A stretch of 64,000 nucleotides of DNA from a virus (lineage: Duplodnaviria > Heunggongvirae > Uroviricota > Caudoviricetes), in IMG/VR virus record IMGVR_UViG_3300027782_003987, positions 27,069 through 91,068 of that record. One strand, written 5' to 3'. This document shows, in pieces, positions 18,707 to 29,041 of the stretch; within the stretch, counting starts at the first letter, position 1; each line of letters begins with the position of its first letter. Under the pieces are notes generated by a model that saw only the letters and a list, made by a program, of their open reading frames with translations, did no database searches and had not been told where the DNA came from. Both the position numbers and the translations under genes were made by a program.

Positions 18707-19761
18707 TGAACTGGAACTGTGCAGCGATTGATCATGGAATCACTTTTCATGAAAATGGTCAAATAGCACCATGCTGTTTAATCTCGTCTACCTACAGTAA
18801 AAACATCTCAGAAATTGATAACAATCCGTTTGCAGATTTAAAAACATCGACACCTCCACTGGTTTGTAAAGTTTGCGTTGATGCAGAAAATAACAATATA
18901 CCAAGTTATCGCCAAGGATTCAATCAACGAAAAAGCGATCACCCTGGATTTCAGTTTGTCGATATAAGAAATACAAATTTGTGTAACTTTAAATGCAGAA
19001 CTTGTGGACCTCAGAACAGCAATCTCTGGGCCAAGGAACTCGGAGAAACTATTCCTATCAGACATTTTCCATTGTCTAATTACAAACAATATATTGTTAA
19101 TCAAAGTGTGCAGAGCATTTATTATACCGGGGGCGAACCGTTAATCAACAGTGAGCATTGGGATTTGCTAGAAGAATTAACAGTTGCCGGAATGAGTAAA
19201 AATATCACATTAAATTACAATTCCAATATGTCGGTATTAAAATTCAAAGACAAAAATATTTTTGACGTTTGGAAAAATTTTAAATCAGTACAAATTATGG
19301 CCAGCATTGATGCGATCGGAGAAAAGTTTGATCATATACGGTCCGGCGGCAAGTGGGATGTAGCAAATGAAAATATCCGTGCTTTAAAAAACCACAATAT
19401 AACCTTAGCCATTGGGACCACAGTAAGCATTTTGAATTTGTGGTTTTTAGAAGAATTATTGATGTTTTTTAATGATCAGAACATTTCAGTTGAGCTATCT
19501 GATTTGCATTATCCTCCCTACTTTTCATTATCGGCTATACCCGATGAACTTAAAAATTTAGCATTGAGCTGTGTTAATAAAATTGAAAAAATATATCACA
19601 ATAAAAACAAATGTGATTACATGAGATTACAGATAAACAATAATAGTAAGCAACATCTATTCAAAGATGCCGTTATGAAAACTCTATCACTGGATAAAAT
19701 AAGAGGAGAAAAATTATTTGATTTTCTTCCTTTCCGAGATCATGCACTACCGCTAATATGA
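18706..19761 (+). CDS. radical SAM enzyme, subfamily A (N-terminal twitch/SPASM-like Cys domain followed by the rSAM core)
   Basis: CNFKCRTC (CxxxCxxC) and YYTGGEPL (GGE SAM-binding motif). N-terminal APCCLIS...CKVCVDAE cysteine motif. Confidence 0.8.
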   Translation: MNWNCAAIDHGITFHENGQIAPCCLISSTYSKNISEIDNNPFADLKTSTPPLVCKVCVDAENNNIPSYRQGFNQRKSDHPGFQFVDIRNTNLCNFKCRTCGPQNSNLWAKELGETIPIRHFPLSNYKQYIVNQSVQSIYYTGGEPLINSEHWDLLEELTVAGMSKNITLNYNSNMSVLKFKDKNIFDVWKNFKSVQIMASIDAIGEKFDHIRSGGKWDVANENIRALKNHNITLAIGTTVSILNLWFLEELLMFFNDQNISVELSDLHYPPYFSLSAIPDELKNLALSCVNKIEKIYHNKNKCDYMRLQINNNSKQHLFKDAVMKTLSLDKIRGEKLFDFLPFRDHALPLI

Positions 19762-21131
19762 ATAATAAAAGTTTTTTTCAAAACTCGGCTGAGCAAATGA
19801 AAGATCAACTAGGACCTGCACTATGCTTGGCTAAATGGAAACAGGTCAGCTTACATCTTACCACAGGATTAAATAACAGTTGCTACCATCCGCCCTTGCA
19901 TCCGATAGACTCTGCTGCGATTGCTGCTAATCCAGCAGCTCTACATAACACCGAGCATAAAAAAGCACAGCGTAAGATAATGCTACAGCACGAACGTCCT
20001 AGTGAATGTAGTTACTGCTGGAACATGGAAGATCTCGGCAAGCTGAGTGACCGGCATTACAGATCAGGAGAACCATGGGCTGCTGTAGATTTTAAAAAGA
20101 TAAAAAACTCAACTGGAGATGAAGAAGATGTCATACCGTCATATGTGGAAGTCAATTTCAACAATGCCTGCAACCTTAAATGCAGCTATTGCAGCCCGCA
20201 GTTCAGCTCTAGCTGGCAACAAGAAGTTGACCGGCATGGGGCATTTCCTACTTTGGTTCCTCATAACGCTGCTGAGCATTTTAGCGGCAGCCGCAGGCCT
20301 ATCCCTGCCCGTGATCACAACCCTTATGTAGAAGCATTTTGGGCATGGTGGCCCACGCTGTATCCTGAGCTCAAACACTTTCGTATGACCGGCGGCGAAC
20401 CACTGATGGATCGAAACACCTATCGAGTGTTTGACTATGTGTTAGAACACCCCAAGAGCGATCTACATCTAGCAGTCACATCAAACTTCAGCGTAGAGCC
20501 CGAGCTATCAACAAAATACTTTGACTATGTGAAACGCTTATGCGACACTGATATCGAACATTTCATGCAGTATGTTAGCCTTGACTCGGGCACAGGGCCA
20601 CAAGCAGAATACATCCGACATGGATTAGATTTTGACCGCTTAACGCACAATGTGGAAACATATCTCAGAGATATTCCTTATCGTAATAGTCTTACGTTTA
20701 TTGTAACTATGAACAATCTTAGTGTGACAGGGTTCCTGCCATTGATGCAGTGGATATTAGATCTTCGACGCCGACACAGTCACACATATCAGCGTGTGTG
20801 GTTTGATACCCCTGTGTTGAGACAACCTGCATGGCAAAGCCTACAGACCTTGCCTGAGAGCTATGCTGCGAAACTAGAACAAGCAAGAGATTTTATGTTG
20901 GCCAATCTCGAAACTGCAGAAGACCCGTTCCACGGATTCAAGGACTATGAGGTGCAACGACTTGAGCGCGACATTGCCTGGATGCGATCGGTACCAAATG
21001 TAAGCACACGAGACTTGGCAGATTTTTATAGATTCTTCACAGAACACGATCGACGCAGAGGCACAGACTTTGAAAAAACATTCCCAGAGATGATCACCTG
21101 GTGGAAACAGTGTGGTCTGCATGCTAGGTAA
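19758..21131 (+). CDS. radical SAM enzyme, subfamily B (N-terminal AKW...SC-HPP...CSYCW twitch-like domain followed by the rSAM core)
   Basis: CNLKCSYC and RMTGGEPLM motifs. Paralogous to 23398..24729 and 26438..27838. Confidence 0.8.
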   Translation: MNNKSFFQNSAEQMKDQLGPALCLAKWKQVSLHLTTGLNNSCYHPPLHPIDSAAIAANPAALHNTEHKKAQRKIMLQHERPSECSYCWNMEDLGKLSDRHYRSGEPWAAVDFKKIKNSTGDEEDVIPSYVEVNFNNACNLKCSYCSPQFSSSWQQEVDRHGAFPTLVPHNAAEHFSGSRRPIPARDHNPYVEAFWAWWPTLYPELKHFRMTGGEPLMDRNTYRVFDYVLEHPKSDLHLAVTSNFSVEPELSTKYFDYVKRLCDTDIEHFMQYVSLDSGTGPQAEYIRHGLDFDRLTHNVETYLRDIPYRNSLTFIVTMNNLSVTGFLPLMQWILDLRRRHSHTYQRVWFDTPVLRQPAWQSLQTLPESYAAKLEQARDFMLANLETAEDPFHGFKDYEVQRLERDIAWMRSVPNVSTRDLADFYRFFTEHDRRRGTDFEKTFPEMITWWKQCGLHAR

Positions 21132-22278
21132 GTCAAAACTCGTCCTGGACCAGAATTGCCAATTCCACTGCGAAGTGTATGATTTACTACGCCCACTGGC
21201 AGATGATGATTTCTATGAATTACAAGATAAACCGATCTCTACGGGTGCCATTTATGTCGTGGGGTATGCTCAATTTGAAAAGCATAGAGATTGGTTGGTT
21301 GAACTAGTCGAAAGTGACACAGTTAAAATTATCTTGAGTCAGACCTCCGAAGGTTCGTGGACTATGTTAGGAGTATTGAGACGATTGAGAATTGAACATT
21401 TAGTAAAATCCAAGAAAATTTTATTGATAACCACTGGCGACATGGATGATTCTTGGGCAAATCTTCAATTCGACAGTTATATGCTTAGACTATATAATCA
21501 TAAAGAAAACTTAAGAGCATGTGATCGAACCCAGGAAATCTATTCAAAATCTCATAAACCTTACAAATTTCTTTTTTTAAATGGTAGAGGTAGACCACAT
21601 CGTAAGTATCTTATTGAAAGATTTGCTCTGTCAGGAATATTGGATCAATCATTGTGGTCGTCGTTAGACTCAGATACCATTGATAAGCATGGATGGATTG
21701 ATCTGATTCACCAGGGTAAAAATTTAATACTCAATCCAAGACCGATAAAATATCTACCACCCCAATACGAATACGATAGCTATCAAGATAGAATTGATAG
21801 CCCCACCACTGACACATTTGTTAAACATCATCTATTCAATAATACCTGGGGAGATATTTACCTTAAGGCAGAACCTTATATCGATACCTATTTTAGTTTA
21901 GTTACTGAAACAGTATTTTTCTATCCACATTCATTACGGTCTGAAAAAATTTACAAACCCATAGCTATGGGTCATCCGTTCATTGCTGTAGCTAATTGTG
22001 GATTCTATCGAGACTTGCATAAGTTAGGTTTTAAAACATTTGGTCATCTCATCGACGAGAGTTTTGATACTATAGAGGATAATCAATCTCGAATCGAGCG
22101 AATCGCAGAAGTAGTTGAAGACTTATGCCAACAGGATCTGGCAAGTTTCCTTGATTCATGCCATGATATCTGTAAATACAATCAACAACGATATGCAGAA
22201 GCAAGATTAGAAGTACGTGAAGAATTTCCAGATCGCTTTTTAAATTTTCTTAATCAACATTGGCCCAATGCAACATAA
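21121..22278 (+). CDS. unknown-function paralog 'family X' (possible glycosyltransferase-like)
   Basis: Shares the block YFSLVTETVF...SEKIYKPIAMGHPFIAVAN..YRDL.KLGFKTFGH.IDESFD with 22268..23401, 34017..35204 and 35201..36328. Confidence 0.6.
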   Translation: MLGKSKLVLDQNCQFHCEVYDLLRPLADDDFYELQDKPISTGAIYVVGYAQFEKHRDWLVELVESDTVKIILSQTSEGSWTMLGVLRRLRIEHLVKSKKILLITTGDMDDSWANLQFDSYMLRLYNHKENLRACDRTQEIYSKSHKPYKFLFLNGRGRPHRKYLIERFALSGILDQSLWSSLDSDTIDKHGWIDLIHQGKNLILNPRPIKYLPPQYEYDSYQDRIDSPTTDTFVKHHLFNNTWGDIYLKAEPYIDTYFSLVTETVFFYPHSLRSEKIYKPIAMGHPFIAVANCGFYRDLHKLGFKTFGHLIDESFDTIEDNQSRIERIAEVVEDLCQQDLASFLDSCHDICKYNQQRYAEARLEVREEFPDRFLNFLNQHWPNAT

Positions 22279-23401
22279 TTTACAAATAGATACCCGTAGT
22301 GTACTGTATGATATTCTAAAACCCTACGCGGTAGAAGAGTTTTGGGATTTCAGAGACTGCGAGCCAGTTCCTGGCAGTATATATGTGGTCGGCCGGCAAC
22401 AGTTGATAGATAACCTGGACCAGATTCGTAGCATGGCGTTGAGTCAGGATTATACCATGGTGTTTGATTGCGCGGCAGAAGGTTCGTGGACCTTACAACA
22501 ACTAATTCTGTCTCTTAAAATTGACGACTTAATTGTGTCGGGACATCTATTGATGATAGCCGGCGGCGACATGCCTAGCAATTATCCATATATAAGACAT
22601 GATCATTTTATCAATGTGTTCCTGGATTACGAACACAACTTGCAACAAATGACTCGTCTTGATGAATTATACAATCAACCCGATAAACCTTATAAGTTTT
22701 TGTTCCTCAATGGATCTGCCAGAACACACAGGAAATATCTATGGCAACGATTCCGTCAGATGGGGCTATTGGATCAGGCGCTGTGGACCATGTTGGATTC
22801 AAGGCCAGTGAGGTGGGGAAAGATGAAACTAATAGAAAACGGCGTTGATCTCTTTGGTGAGATTACACCTATACAGCACTTGCCCAGCAAATATGAATAC
22901 ATGCAATATCAGGATGTTGAGATAAAAACTGATCCATCGGACCAGAAATTTATCAAACATGATTTATTTGGTAATACCTGGGGAGAAGGTTATTTACAGG
23001 CCGAACCTTATCGTGACACCTATTTTAGTCTTGTTACAGAAACTGTGTTTGGGGAAAGTAATTATAGTTTCCGAACAGAAAAAATAGTCAAACCATTGGC
23101 TATGGGGCATCCTTGGATAGTGGCTGCTAATACCGGCTATTATAGAGATTTACGAAACTTAGGATTCCAAACATTCGGACATGTGATAGATGAAAGTTTT
23201 GATCTAATCGACTCGCCTATGGATCGAGCCGAACGTATTATTTCTATAGTCAACGATTTATGTCAGCAGGATCTTGCAAGTTTCCTTGATTCATGTTACA
23301 ATGTCTGTAAATACAATCAGCAACATCTCCGGGAACTACGCGAACAGATTCGTAAAGAGTTTCCAGACCGTTTTTGGCAATTCCTACAACAACATCAATG
23401 A
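22268..23401 (+). CDS. family X paralog
   Basis: Conserved block YFSLVTETVFGES..FRTEKIVKPLAMGHPWIVAAN.GYYRDLRNLGFQTFGHVIDESFD. Confidence 0.6.
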   Translation: MQHNLQIDTRSVLYDILKPYAVEEFWDFRDCEPVPGSIYVVGRQQLIDNLDQIRSMALSQDYTMVFDCAAEGSWTLQQLILSLKIDDLIVSGHLLMIAGGDMPSNYPYIRHDHFINVFLDYEHNLQQMTRLDELYNQPDKPYKFLFLNGSARTHRKYLWQRFRQMGLLDQALWTMLDSRPVRWGKMKLIENGVDLFGEITPIQHLPSKYEYMQYQDVEIKTDPSDQKFIKHDLFGNTWGEGYLQAEPYRDTYFSLVTETVFGESNYSFRTEKIVKPLAMGHPWIVAANTGYYRDLRNLGFQTFGHVIDESFDLIDSPMDRAERIISIVNDLCQQDLASFLDSCYNVCKYNQQHLRELREQIRKEFPDRFWQFLQQHQ

Positions 23402-24729
23402 CCGATTTAGAATTTAAACAACAGGTGTTGGACACCAAGAGTGCAAGTTTTTGTGCAGCAAAATGGTATAATGCAACCATCTGGTTGGGTAGTGGCATGA
23501 CTACAAGTTGCCATCATCCTCCTGCCCACTTAGTAGATGTATCTATGTTATCCTCTAACCCTAGGCTGCTGCACAATACCGATCAGAAGAAAGAGGATCG
23601 ACGCAAGATGATAGCCGGCGAGCGTCCGTCAGGTTGTGAATATTGCTGGAAAATCGAAGACATGGGCAGTGATGCCATCAGCGATCGTGTGTACAAGAGT
23701 AAAATTTATCCCTTAGAGTTGTTAAATGAAGCACATACCAATCCACCCGATCAGGACTTCAACCTCCGTACCCTGGAGATTGCTTTTGACCGCACTTGTC
23801 AATTTGCTTGCAGTTATTGTAATCCTGCATTCAGCAGCACTTGGGTTCGAGACATTCGTAAAAATGGACCCTATCAGGGCCTTGTGTCTGATGGCAGGAA
23901 TCACTTTACTCATGATCATGGCAGCAGTCAGCTTTATAGCTTCGGTGAAACCAATCCTTATGTGGAGGCGTTCTTTGCGTGGTGGGAGTCGGACCTACAT
24001 CGAACCCTCCAGGAACTGAGAATCACTGGCGGCGAACCACTGATGTCAGGAGAGACTTGGAAACTGATTGATTGGTTCAAGAACAATCCTGGGCGTAGCC
24101 AAACACGCCTGGCAATCAATTCAAATCTAGGCACTGCGGTAGATCTAGATCGATTGATGGCCAGTATTGATGGATTAGAAGTTGACTTATACACTTCCAA
24201 CGAAAGCGTAGGTCTACAGGCTGAATACATCAGAGATGGTCTGGTGTGGGATGACTGGGCTAATAATGTGGAACGCTTGTTGGATAGTAGAAAGTTCCGC
24301 GGCATACACATGATGAACACCATCAATGCATTGTGTCTGTATTCGCTGGATCAGTTCTTGGAATGCATAATGAACTGGAAAATAGAATACGGCCGTGATG
24401 CTGTGAGTTTTACCTTGAACATCCTGAGATTCCCCAGTTTCCAATCACCCTTGGTGTTGCCCAACGAACTACGCACAGTATTTCGACAGCGGTTAGAAGT
24501 CTGGCTTGACGCTTGGTGGAATAGTGAATTCTTGCATGAGCATGAAGTCAACCATGTGCAACGCTTGATTGATTACTTAGACATAGTCAAGACTCCGCAT
24601 TCAGAAGCATTTGACCGGCCCAAGTTGTTGAATGATTTCAAGCAGTTTTACACACAATATGACCAGCGTCGAGGCAAATGCTTTGATCTGGCATTTCCTG
24701 CACTAAAACCCTGGTATGACACACTATGA
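23398..24729 (+). CDS. radical SAM enzyme, subfamily B
   Basis: CQFACSYC and RITGGEPLM motifs. N-terminal AKWYNATIWLGSGMTTSCHHPP...GCEYCW. ATG at 23398 overlaps the upstream stop (ATGA); the ORF is listed from a TTG at 23374. Confidence 0.8.
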   Translation: MTDLEFKQQVLDTKSASFCAAKWYNATIWLGSGMTTSCHHPPAHLVDVSMLSSNPRLLHNTDQKKEDRRKMIAGERPSGCEYCWKIEDMGSDAISDRVYKSKIYPLELLNEAHTNPPDQDFNLRTLEIAFDRTCQFACSYCNPAFSSTWVRDIRKNGPYQGLVSDGRNHFTHDHGSSQLYSFGETNPYVEAFFAWWESDLHRTLQELRITGGEPLMSGETWKLIDWFKNNPGRSQTRLAINSNLGTAVDLDRLMASIDGLEVDLYTSNESVGLQAEYIRDGLVWDDWANNVERLLDSRKFRGIHMMNTINALCLYSLDQFLECIMNWKIEYGRDAVSFTLNILRFPSFQSPLVLPNELRTVFRQRLEVWLDAWWNSEFLHEHEVNHVQRLIDYLDIVKTPHSEAFDRPKLLNDFKQFYTQYDQRRGKCFDLAFPALKPWYDTL

Positions 24730-26441
24730 CACTAGATGAAAAAATAACACAACTAAAAGCTCAGTACGATGTCGTGGCAGTGATCAATCTTGACCCATGG
24801 CACGATCAGACTGAATATGGTAAAAAACCTTGGCTGATGCAAACTATCAGTCTTGTGCATCAAGATCCTTATGCAGATAATCAGAGAATATTGTTCACAG
24901 TCTCACGAGGTGATATCTACGCAGAAAACGATAGTCCAGCAGGGCAGTTATTAACACAACTACAACGAAGACTAAACGAAATTGATATATCTAATTTTTT
25001 TATCATAGTGCTTACTAATGATATCACAATGAGAGATGCATATCTCGGTCACTATCAAGATTTTTCACAAGATCCTGTTCCATTTACTGTGGAGGTCTAT
25101 GCTGACGAGATTACGGAACGACATATACAAGATAAAATGTCTAACAACACAACAGCGGGCAAGTATAATTACACCAATCTAGATCCAATAAAGATTGATG
25201 TCAAAGATCTCAGTGAGCAAGAAAAATTCCTGCTCACAAAAAGTTCTACATTTTGTATGTTTCCGTGGATACATATTCACGCTTATCCTACTGGCTCAGC
25301 GTATCCATGTTGTATGGCGGAGATGGAATTTCCTATTGGTGATATGAGAAAAAACACCATTCGGGAAATATGGAATCAGGAACCCATGAAACAAATACGC
25401 AGGCAGATGCTAAACGAAAGATCTCTCCCGGCTTGTAACAGATGCTATGAACAAGAATCAATTGGAGTTGTTAGTGGAAGAATGAGTGCTAACAAGCATC
25501 ACGGCCATCTAATCAACCGTATACATGAAACTAAAGAAGATGGAACACTAGATAGATTTGAATTGACCTACTGGGATATAAGATTTTCAAATCTCTGTAA
25601 CCTCAGTTGCCGTAGTTGCGGGCATATATTCTCAAGCTCTTGGTATCAGGATCAAGCCAAAATAGCCGGGCCAGAGTGGAAAAAAACACACAAGGTATTA
25701 AACTATGCTGGTAGATTTGAAACGGATGCGTGGGATCAGTTGGTAGATCATATTGAACATGTGGAACAGATCTACTTTGCAGGCGGCGAGCCTTTGCTGA
25801 TGGAAGAGCATTATAAGATTCTTGATGAACTGGTGCGTCGAGAAAAGTTTGATGTAAGATTGATTTACAACACTAATTTTACTCATACCAATCTTAAAGA
25901 TAAGAGCGTATTTGAATATTGGAAATTATTTGATTCAGTCAGCGTAGGTGCTAGCCTTGATGGATCCGGAAGATATGGCGAATATATACGTAAGGGTACT
26001 GAGTGGAAACAAGTTGAACAAAATAGGATTGACATGTTAAAAATTTGCCCAAAAGTAGATTTTTACATCAGCCCTACGCTCAGTATAATGAATGCCTGGC
26101 ATCTTCCGGACTTTCATCGAGACTGGGTAGAACTCGGACTTATCAAGCCCCAAGATATCAACGTGAACATCTTACAAGATCCGCCATACTATCGAATTGA
26201 TATTGCTCCGATAAAATATAAACAACGTCTACGGATAAAATATCAAGAACATCTAGAATGGTTAAAAAATCAAGATCCATTACAGCGGGCCAGCACAGGA
26301 TTCAACTCAGCTATCAATTTTATGATGGCCGCAGACAACACACATCTTATTGATACTTTTTGGCGTAAAACACATGAGCTAGATGCTATACGTTCAGAAA
26401 GCTGGTCAGATGTGTTGCCCGAGCTGAGTGCATTGCAATGA
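24726..26441 (+). CDS. radical SAM enzyme, subfamily A, with an extra 170-aa N-terminal domain
   Basis: N-terminal FCMFPWIHIHAYPTGSAYPCC...IGDMRKNTIREIWNQE...ACNRCYEQE matches the SPASM first-half consensus. Followed by CNLSCRSC and YFAGGEPLLM. Confidence 0.8.
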   Translation: MTLDEKITQLKAQYDVVAVINLDPWHDQTEYGKKPWLMQTISLVHQDPYADNQRILFTVSRGDIYAENDSPAGQLLTQLQRRLNEIDISNFFIIVLTNDITMRDAYLGHYQDFSQDPVPFTVEVYADEITERHIQDKMSNNTTAGKYNYTNLDPIKIDVKDLSEQEKFLLTKSSTFCMFPWIHIHAYPTGSAYPCCMAEMEFPIGDMRKNTIREIWNQEPMKQIRRQMLNERSLPACNRCYEQESIGVVSGRMSANKHHGHLINRIHETKEDGTLDRFELTYWDIRFSNLCNLSCRSCGHIFSSSWYQDQAKIAGPEWKKTHKVLNYAGRFETDAWDQLVDHIEHVEQIYFAGGEPLLMEEHYKILDELVRREKFDVRLIYNTNFTHTNLKDKSVFEYWKLFDSVSVGASLDGSGRYGEYIRKGTEWKQVEQNRIDMLKICPKVDFYISPTLSIMNAWHLPDFHRDWVELGLIKPQDINVNILQDPPYYRIDIAPIKYKQRLRIKYQEHLEWLKNQDPLQRASTGFNSAINFMMAADNTHLIDTFWRKTHELDAIRSESWSDVLPELSALQ

Positions 26442-27838
26442 CAAAAAATCTACATCTATACATAACAGAACAAGATTATAAAGAAATGGCTGGGTCAGAC
26501 TGGCCTTTGTATAGTAATTTTTTGCAAGGAGCTCGTGGAGAGAAACCAGCGGTACAACAAGAGCTAGAAGCATATATCAAAATGCATCGAGCACAAGGAA
26601 TAAAATTTCCTATCAAGACTGCCACGGCTTGTCAAAGCAAATGGACCTGGAGCACGATCTATCTTAATTCACTTAGCACAGCCAGCTGCCACCGTGTTAA
26701 CCCGATACCTTTTGATCTTGAAGATTTTGATAATTTCCATAACATACCCAAGAAACTTAACGATCGACGGCTCATGCTTGAAGGCAAATGGCCCACCGGT
26801 GGATGTGAATACTGTCAAGAAATTGAAAATGCAGGTGGCTGGAGTGATCGACAACATAATCTAGACATAAGAGGACTTACTCCTCCGGAACTGGAGTCGG
26901 ACCCCACTGCTGTGTCAGTTACTCCTCGACTGGTTGAGATATTTGCTCAGAACACCTGTAATCTAAGTTGCGTTTATTGCAATGGATCTTTGAGCAGCAA
27001 AATCGAACAAGAAAATATCAAGCATGGAGAGTTTACCCAAGGTAATGTAACAATACCGATTGTAACAATTCCCACAGCAGCAACCAAAGAATACTTTGAT
27101 CGATTTCTTGCTTGGCTAGAAAAAAACATTCAAGAACTGCCTCGATTGCATCTATTAGGAGGAGAAACATTTATACAGCACGAGTTGATGAATTCGGTGT
27201 TAGACATAATAGAACGCAAGCCCAATCCAAATTTAGAACTCTGTATTTTTAGTAATTGTAATGTGCCCGACAAATGGTGGGATTATTACATTGGCCGAAT
27301 CCATGCACTACAAATCGCAGGAAACATGAAAGTATTTGATCTAACAGCCAGCATTGATTGTTGGGGGCCTGAACAGGAGTATGTAAGATCTGGACTCAAT
27401 TTAAACAAGTTTGAAAAACGATTCGCATGGGCAAGTCAACAAGGGGATTGGTTACGACTCAATGCCAATCAGACCGTTACTGCAATGACTATAAAAACAA
27501 TGCCCGGGCTGATTGAAAAAATAAAACAATATAGTAAAAACAAACACATTGGGCATTATTTTCAATTTTACACCGGGGTGCATATGTTTCACCATCCAAA
27601 GATATTCGCTTGGGATTTTTGGAAAGATGATTTTGAAAAAATATTAAATACCATGCCCACCGACACAGGCGCACAAAGAGAAGCGATTCCTCGTATGCAA
27701 GGATTGCAGAGTTTGTTAAAGCAAAGTTCAGAGAATGATCTGGTTTCTATAAAGCAGTTGCATGTGTACCTCGACGAACTTGATCGACGTCGATCGACTA
27801 ATTGGCGGTCTTTGTTTTCCTATCTTGACGTATCATGA
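26438..27838 (+). CDS. radical SAM enzyme, subfamily B
   Basis: CQSKWTW...SCHRVNPIPF...GCEYCQE N-terminal domain, then CNLSCVYC and HLLGGETFI. Confidence 0.8.
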   Translation: MTKNLHLYITEQDYKEMAGSDWPLYSNFLQGARGEKPAVQQELEAYIKMHRAQGIKFPIKTATACQSKWTWSTIYLNSLSTASCHRVNPIPFDLEDFDNFHNIPKKLNDRRLMLEGKWPTGGCEYCQEIENAGGWSDRQHNLDIRGLTPPELESDPTAVSVTPRLVEIFAQNTCNLSCVYCNGSLSSKIEQENIKHGEFTQGNVTIPIVTIPTAATKEYFDRFLAWLEKNIQELPRLHLLGGETFIQHELMNSVLDIIERKPNPNLELCIFSNCNVPDKWWDYYIGRIHALQIAGNMKVFDLTASIDCWGPEQEYVRSGLNLNKFEKRFAWASQQGDWLRLNANQTVTAMTIKTMPGLIEKIKQYSKNKHIGHYFQFYTGVHMFHHPKIFAWDFWKDDFEKILNTMPTDTGAQREAIPRMQGLQSLLKQSSENDLVSIKQLHVYLDELDRRRSTNWRSLFSYLDVS

Positions 27839-29040
27839 AAATACCCCACGAACAATTCTGCGTATTACCCTGGATTAGTTTGGAAGCCAGTCCTATTGGT
27901 ACTGTGAGACCTTGTTGTCTGGCCGATGACGAGGTTCATGATGATGCCGGAAATAAATTTGAATTAGCCACAGCTGATTTTTCTACTATACAAAATAGTC
28001 GTCACATGCAAGAACTACGCACAGGATTCTTGTCAGGACAACGGCCAGAAACATGTAGAAAATGTTGGAACGAAGAAGATGCAGGCCGTACAAGTAAACG
28101 TATGCATACATTAGATCGTCTCAAACACTCACTGAAGGATGATGATTGGAGCTCGGATGCTAAATCATTGATGTTCTTAGATCTCAAACTGGGCAACATT
28201 TGCAATCTCAAATGTAGGATATGCGGGTCATGGTCGAGCTCACAGTTTGCTGGAGAAGAGATTTCTTTCATGCCACGAGCAGAACAAAAATCCAGCCATG
28301 CTTACAAAATGTTACGAGCTGGCGCCTGGCCCAAAGAGAACACACAGTTCTGGCAGCAGATTGATAGCGTGCTTGATGATATACGCTACATTGAATTCAC
28401 CGGTGGCGAACCATTTATGATTGATCAACACTTTGACATGTTGCAACACATAGTGGATCGTGGTATTGCTGGGCAAGTTGAAATACACTATAACACCAAT
28501 GGCACATTGTTTCCTGATCGTGGACCGGATATATGGCGACACTTTAAAACTGTGGAAATTGCGTTCAGTGTGGATGATATTGGTCCACGATTTGAATATC
28601 AACGCTCAAATGCCTCTTGGGGCACCGTGAAAGAGAACATCAACCGGTTCAGGATCATGCGTGAAGGTATGCCTAACTTACAGTTGCAATGCTGCACCAC
28701 GGTGAATGTGTTTAATGTGAGATATCTTGATCAAGTAGCACTATGGATAGCATTGCAAGATTTTGATTTTGTGTATTGGAACATGATGCATGATGCTTGG
28801 TATTTTTCGATATCAAGACTGCCCGCCGACGCTAAACAACACATTGCTGATTATCTAGCAACCTGTGATACACCTGACCAGTTCCGAGAGGAGTTTGGAC
28901 GTATCATTGATTTTATGATGCGGGGTGAATCATCTGACGGCGAAGAAACAAGACAACAGATTCGTCGACTGGATCAACGTAGGCACGAAGATCTAACAAA
29001 AATAGCGCCAGAGTTAGCAAGTATATTAAATTATAACTAA
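27835..29040 (+). CDS. radical SAM enzyme, subfamily A
   Basis: FCVLPWISLEASPIGTVRPCC...TCRKCWNEE N-terminal domain, then CNLKCRICGS and EFTGGEPFM. Confidence 0.8.
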   Translation: MKIPHEQFCVLPWISLEASPIGTVRPCCLADDEVHDDAGNKFELATADFSTIQNSRHMQELRTGFLSGQRPETCRKCWNEEDAGRTSKRMHTLDRLKHSLKDDDWSSDAKSLMFLDLKLGNICNLKCRICGSWSSSQFAGEEISFMPRAEQKSSHAYKMLRAGAWPKENTQFWQQIDSVLDDIRYIEFTGGEPFMIDQHFDMLQHIVDRGIAGQVEIHYNTNGTLFPDRGPDIWRHFKTVEIAFSVDDIGPRFEYQRSNASWGTVKENINRFRIMREGMPNLQLQCCTTVNVFNVRYLDQVALWIALQDFDFVYWNMMHDAWYFSISRLPADAKQHIADYLATCDTPDQFREEFGRIIDFMMRGESSDGEETRQQIRRLDQRRHEDLTKIAPELASILNYN

Positions 29041-29041
29041 T